DNA of 54,354 nucleotides from a virus (Duplodnaviria; Heunggongvirae; Uroviricota; Caudoviricetes): IMG/VR virus record IMGVR_UViG_2541047692_000008, positions 1 to 54,354 of that record; one strand, 5' to 3'. Shown piece by piece: positions 52,281 to 54,354 of this stretch (position 1 is its first letter; each line of letters starts with the position of its first letter). The notes under the pieces were generated by a model. It saw only the letters and a program-made list of their open reading frames with translations, ran no database searches and was not told where the DNA came from. The position numbers and the translations under genes were made by a program.

Positions 52281-54077
52281 ATGATTTACACAACAGGCAC
52301 TATAGCTGTTAGCGGAAACACAGTTACCGGGGCAGGGACTGAATTCAACGCCGCATTATCTCTGATCAGAGTGGGTTGCACTCTTATTGCCATTAGCGAT
52401 CCGGTGCAGATTTTTTCAATCACAAAGGTAAAAAGCGCAACAAGTTTGTCGGTAACTCCTGCGGCAAGTCCGGCTATTCCGGCTGGAACTAAATTTAGCA
52501 TCCTGCTTTCAGATTCGATCTCTGTGGATGGTCTTGCTCAGGATGTTGCCGAAACACTGCGTTACTACCAGGGCAAAGAATCAGAAATAGCTGACGCTGT
52601 GGAGTTTTTCAGCGACAACAAAGATGTGATTTCAGCATCAAAATTAGCATTAGCATCAGCTACCACTGCAACCAATGCGGCAACAACAGCGACAAGCGCC
52701 GCCGATTCAGCCAAGACATACAGAGACGAAGCCCACGAATACGCCAATCAGACCGCACAGCCTTACGCGTATGTTTTGCAACCGCTGCCGGACGTATGGA
52801 TACCGTTTAACGATTCTCTCGATATGATCACGGGCTACGGCCCTGGTACTAAAAAAGTAACCATTAATGGGGAAGAAAAAACAATATCATCAGATAAAGT
52901 TGTTTCTTTCTCACGCGCAAGCACTGCTACTTACATTAACAAATCAGGTGTTTTAACTGTGGCTGGTATTAATGAGCCACGTTTTGAACGCGAAGGATTA
53001 CTGATTGAGGGGACGCGCACAAACCTGTTAATAAACAGTACAGACCCTTCGAAGTGGAATAAGTCAACTTCACTGGACGTTACAGAAACAGGCACAGATA
53101 GTTTTGGGTTTAATTATGGCCGGTTTGTCGTACAGGATTCGATTGTTGGTACAAGTAAAGCGCATACCATTATCGGACTGTATTCGAGTGCCGGAGGGGT
53201 TGATACTTCAGGGGACGAAAAGCATGTAACTATATCCTGTCGGGTAAAAAGTGAAGTTGATAATATCGCCGTTCGTATTTTATTTGAACATTATGATGGG
53301 GAGGTAAGGACATCAATAGGAGCAGCAAACCTGAACCTTACCACCCGCATAATTAGCAAGACAGGTCAGACAAGCCGTGTTACAGCAAGGTCTGTTAAGG
53401 ATGATGCAACTGGCTGGATATTTTTTGAGGCTACATTAAAAGCAGATACAACAGAAAATACGGTTGGTGGTTTCGTCCAGTATTCTCCGGATACAGGTCA
53501 GATGGTGGCATCAGGGGATTGTCTCGATGTAACCACTCCACAGATTGAGGCTGGTGCAGGCGCATCATCTTTTATTGTTACGGGGTCGGCACCAGCAACG
53601 CGGGCAAGCGATATGGTGACAGTCCCAATCAAGAATAACCTTTATAATCTTCCTTTTACGGTTCTTTGTGAGGTACATAAGAACTGGTATAAAACGCCAA
53701 ATGCAGCGCCGCGTGTTTTTGATACCGGCGGTCATCAAACCGGAGCGGCGATCGTAATGGGGTTTGGTTCATCAGGTGGGTACGACGGTTTTCCGTATTG
53801 TGATATAGGTGGTTCAAACCGACGAATAAATGAAAATGCCGGGCTGGAAAAAATGCTTATTGGTATGCGGGTAAAGTCCGAACGGTCCACATGTGTAGTC
53901 AGTAACGGTAAGTTAAGCAGCGAAACAAAAACAACCTGGACTTATATTCAAAGCTCCGCAACTATTCGTATCGGTGGTCAGACAACGACAGGACAACGTC
54001 ATTTATTTGGTCATGTTAGAAATTTTCGAGTATGGCATAAGGCATTAACTGATGCGCAATTAAGCGAAATTGTTTAA
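52281..54077 (+). CDS. Tail fibre protein
   Basis: 598 aa; Ala/Thr/Ser-rich low-complexity segment; C-terminal region (...HLFGHVRNFRVWHKALTDAQLSEI) suggestive of a lectin-like receptor-binding domain. Confidence 0.65.
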   Translation: MIYTTGTIAVSGNTVTGAGTEFNAALSLIRVGCTLIAISDPVQIFSITKVKSATSLSVTPAASPAIPAGTKFSILLSDSISVDGLAQDVAETLRYYQGKESEIADAVEFFSDNKDVISASKLALASATTATNAATTATSAADSAKTYRDEAHEYANQTAQPYAYVLQPLPDVWIPFNDSLDMITGYGPGTKKVTINGEEKTISSDKVVSFSRASTATYINKSGVLTVAGINEPRFEREGLLIEGTRTNLLINSTDPSKWNKSTSLDVTETGTDSFGFNYGRFVVQDSIVGTSKAHTIIGLYSSAGGVDTSGDEKHVTISCRVKSEVDNIAVRILFEHYDGEVRTSIGAANLNLTTRIISKTGQTSRVTARSVKDDATGWIFFEATLKADTTENTVGGFVQYSPDTGQMVASGDCLDVTTPQIEAGAGASSFIVTGSAPATRASDMVTVPIKNNLYNLPFTVLCEVHKNWYKTPNAAPRVFDTGGHQTGAAIVMGFGSSGGYDGFPYCDIGGSNRRINENAGLEKMLIGMRVKSERSTCVVSNGKLSSETKTTWTYIQSSATIRIGGQTTTGQRHLFGHVRNFRVWHKALTDAQLSEIV

Positions 54078-54087
54078 GGTGGTTAAC

Positions 54088-54354
54088 ATGAAAGACGTTA
54101 GCTTGCAATTTACTGACAAACAGCAATACAACGACATTGTGATTAATAGCGGCTGGCTGGATGCCAATTGGTCAACCGTGTTTATTGATGATATCGGTTT
54201 TGTCCTTGTATTCGACGATCCAGAAAGCGAGACACCTGTACTTATTGGGAAAAAAGGTTATTACGTCAACGTGCGTATAACTGGTGACGATGTTGATATT
54301 TCTCAGCTTGAGCCTTTCATCGTTCCAGATCCAGGCGTCCGCGCATGGGCTTAA
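54088..54354 (+). CDS. Hypothetical protein downstream of tail fibre (88 aa), possible fibre chaperone
   Basis: Track ORF 54070..54354; ATG 54088 after aaggtgg RBS; stop codon is the last triplet of the window. Confidence 0.4.
   Translation: MKDVSLQFTDKQQYNDIVINSGWLDANWSTVFIDDIGFVLVFDDPESETPVLIGKKGYYVNVRITGDDVDISQLEPFIVPDPGVRAWA

Noticed and set aside
1-54354. CRISPR arrays, rRNA and tRNA genes, insertion sequences or transposase genes.
   Set aside because: No direct-repeat/spacer periodicity, no transposase or IS inverted repeats recognised; tRNAs cannot be excluded by eye, and the 9900-10370 leader and 27246-27513 region deserve a tRNA/ncRNA scan.

Overview
The window is a near-complete lambdoid-type mosaic prophage of an enterobacterial host (gene content resembles lambda, P22 and phage 21 by recall, no search run). 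Layout: P4-type tyrosine integrase at the left edge (att site outside the window) with a convergent AlpA/Xis-like gene; a minus-strand early operon (Cro-position HTH gene, replication initiator, DnaB-family helicase, NinB, cargo); an immunity region with a plus-strand cI-like HTH/S24 repressor followed by a candidate nut site and N-like ARM protein; a plus-strand operon with Erf, SSB, many small ORFs, Dam methylase, a VUT/DUF165 membrane protein, a divergent C5-methylase-like protein, NinF, NinG, RusA and a Q-like protein; a 6 kb block of about 25 small ORFs; a phage-21-like lysis cassette (pinholin, SAR endolysin, Rz/Rz1); then terminase, portal, head and lambda-like tail genes (tape measure, M, L, K, I, J) and a tail fibre. 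Most notable unexplained signals: a tandem array of ten tiny single-helix hydrophobic ORFs just upstream of terminase; the small-ORF block with four tandem paralogs between Q and the holin; a three-fold zinc-ribbon repeat protein with a T5orf172-like domain next to a 33-codon membrane peptide; a dispersed TACAAAATGG motif often paired with GATC-containing TGTGA-N6-TCACA palindromes; and several minus-strand moron cassettes inside the tail module. All family assignments are from reading the translations and motifs; none was confirmed by a database search.
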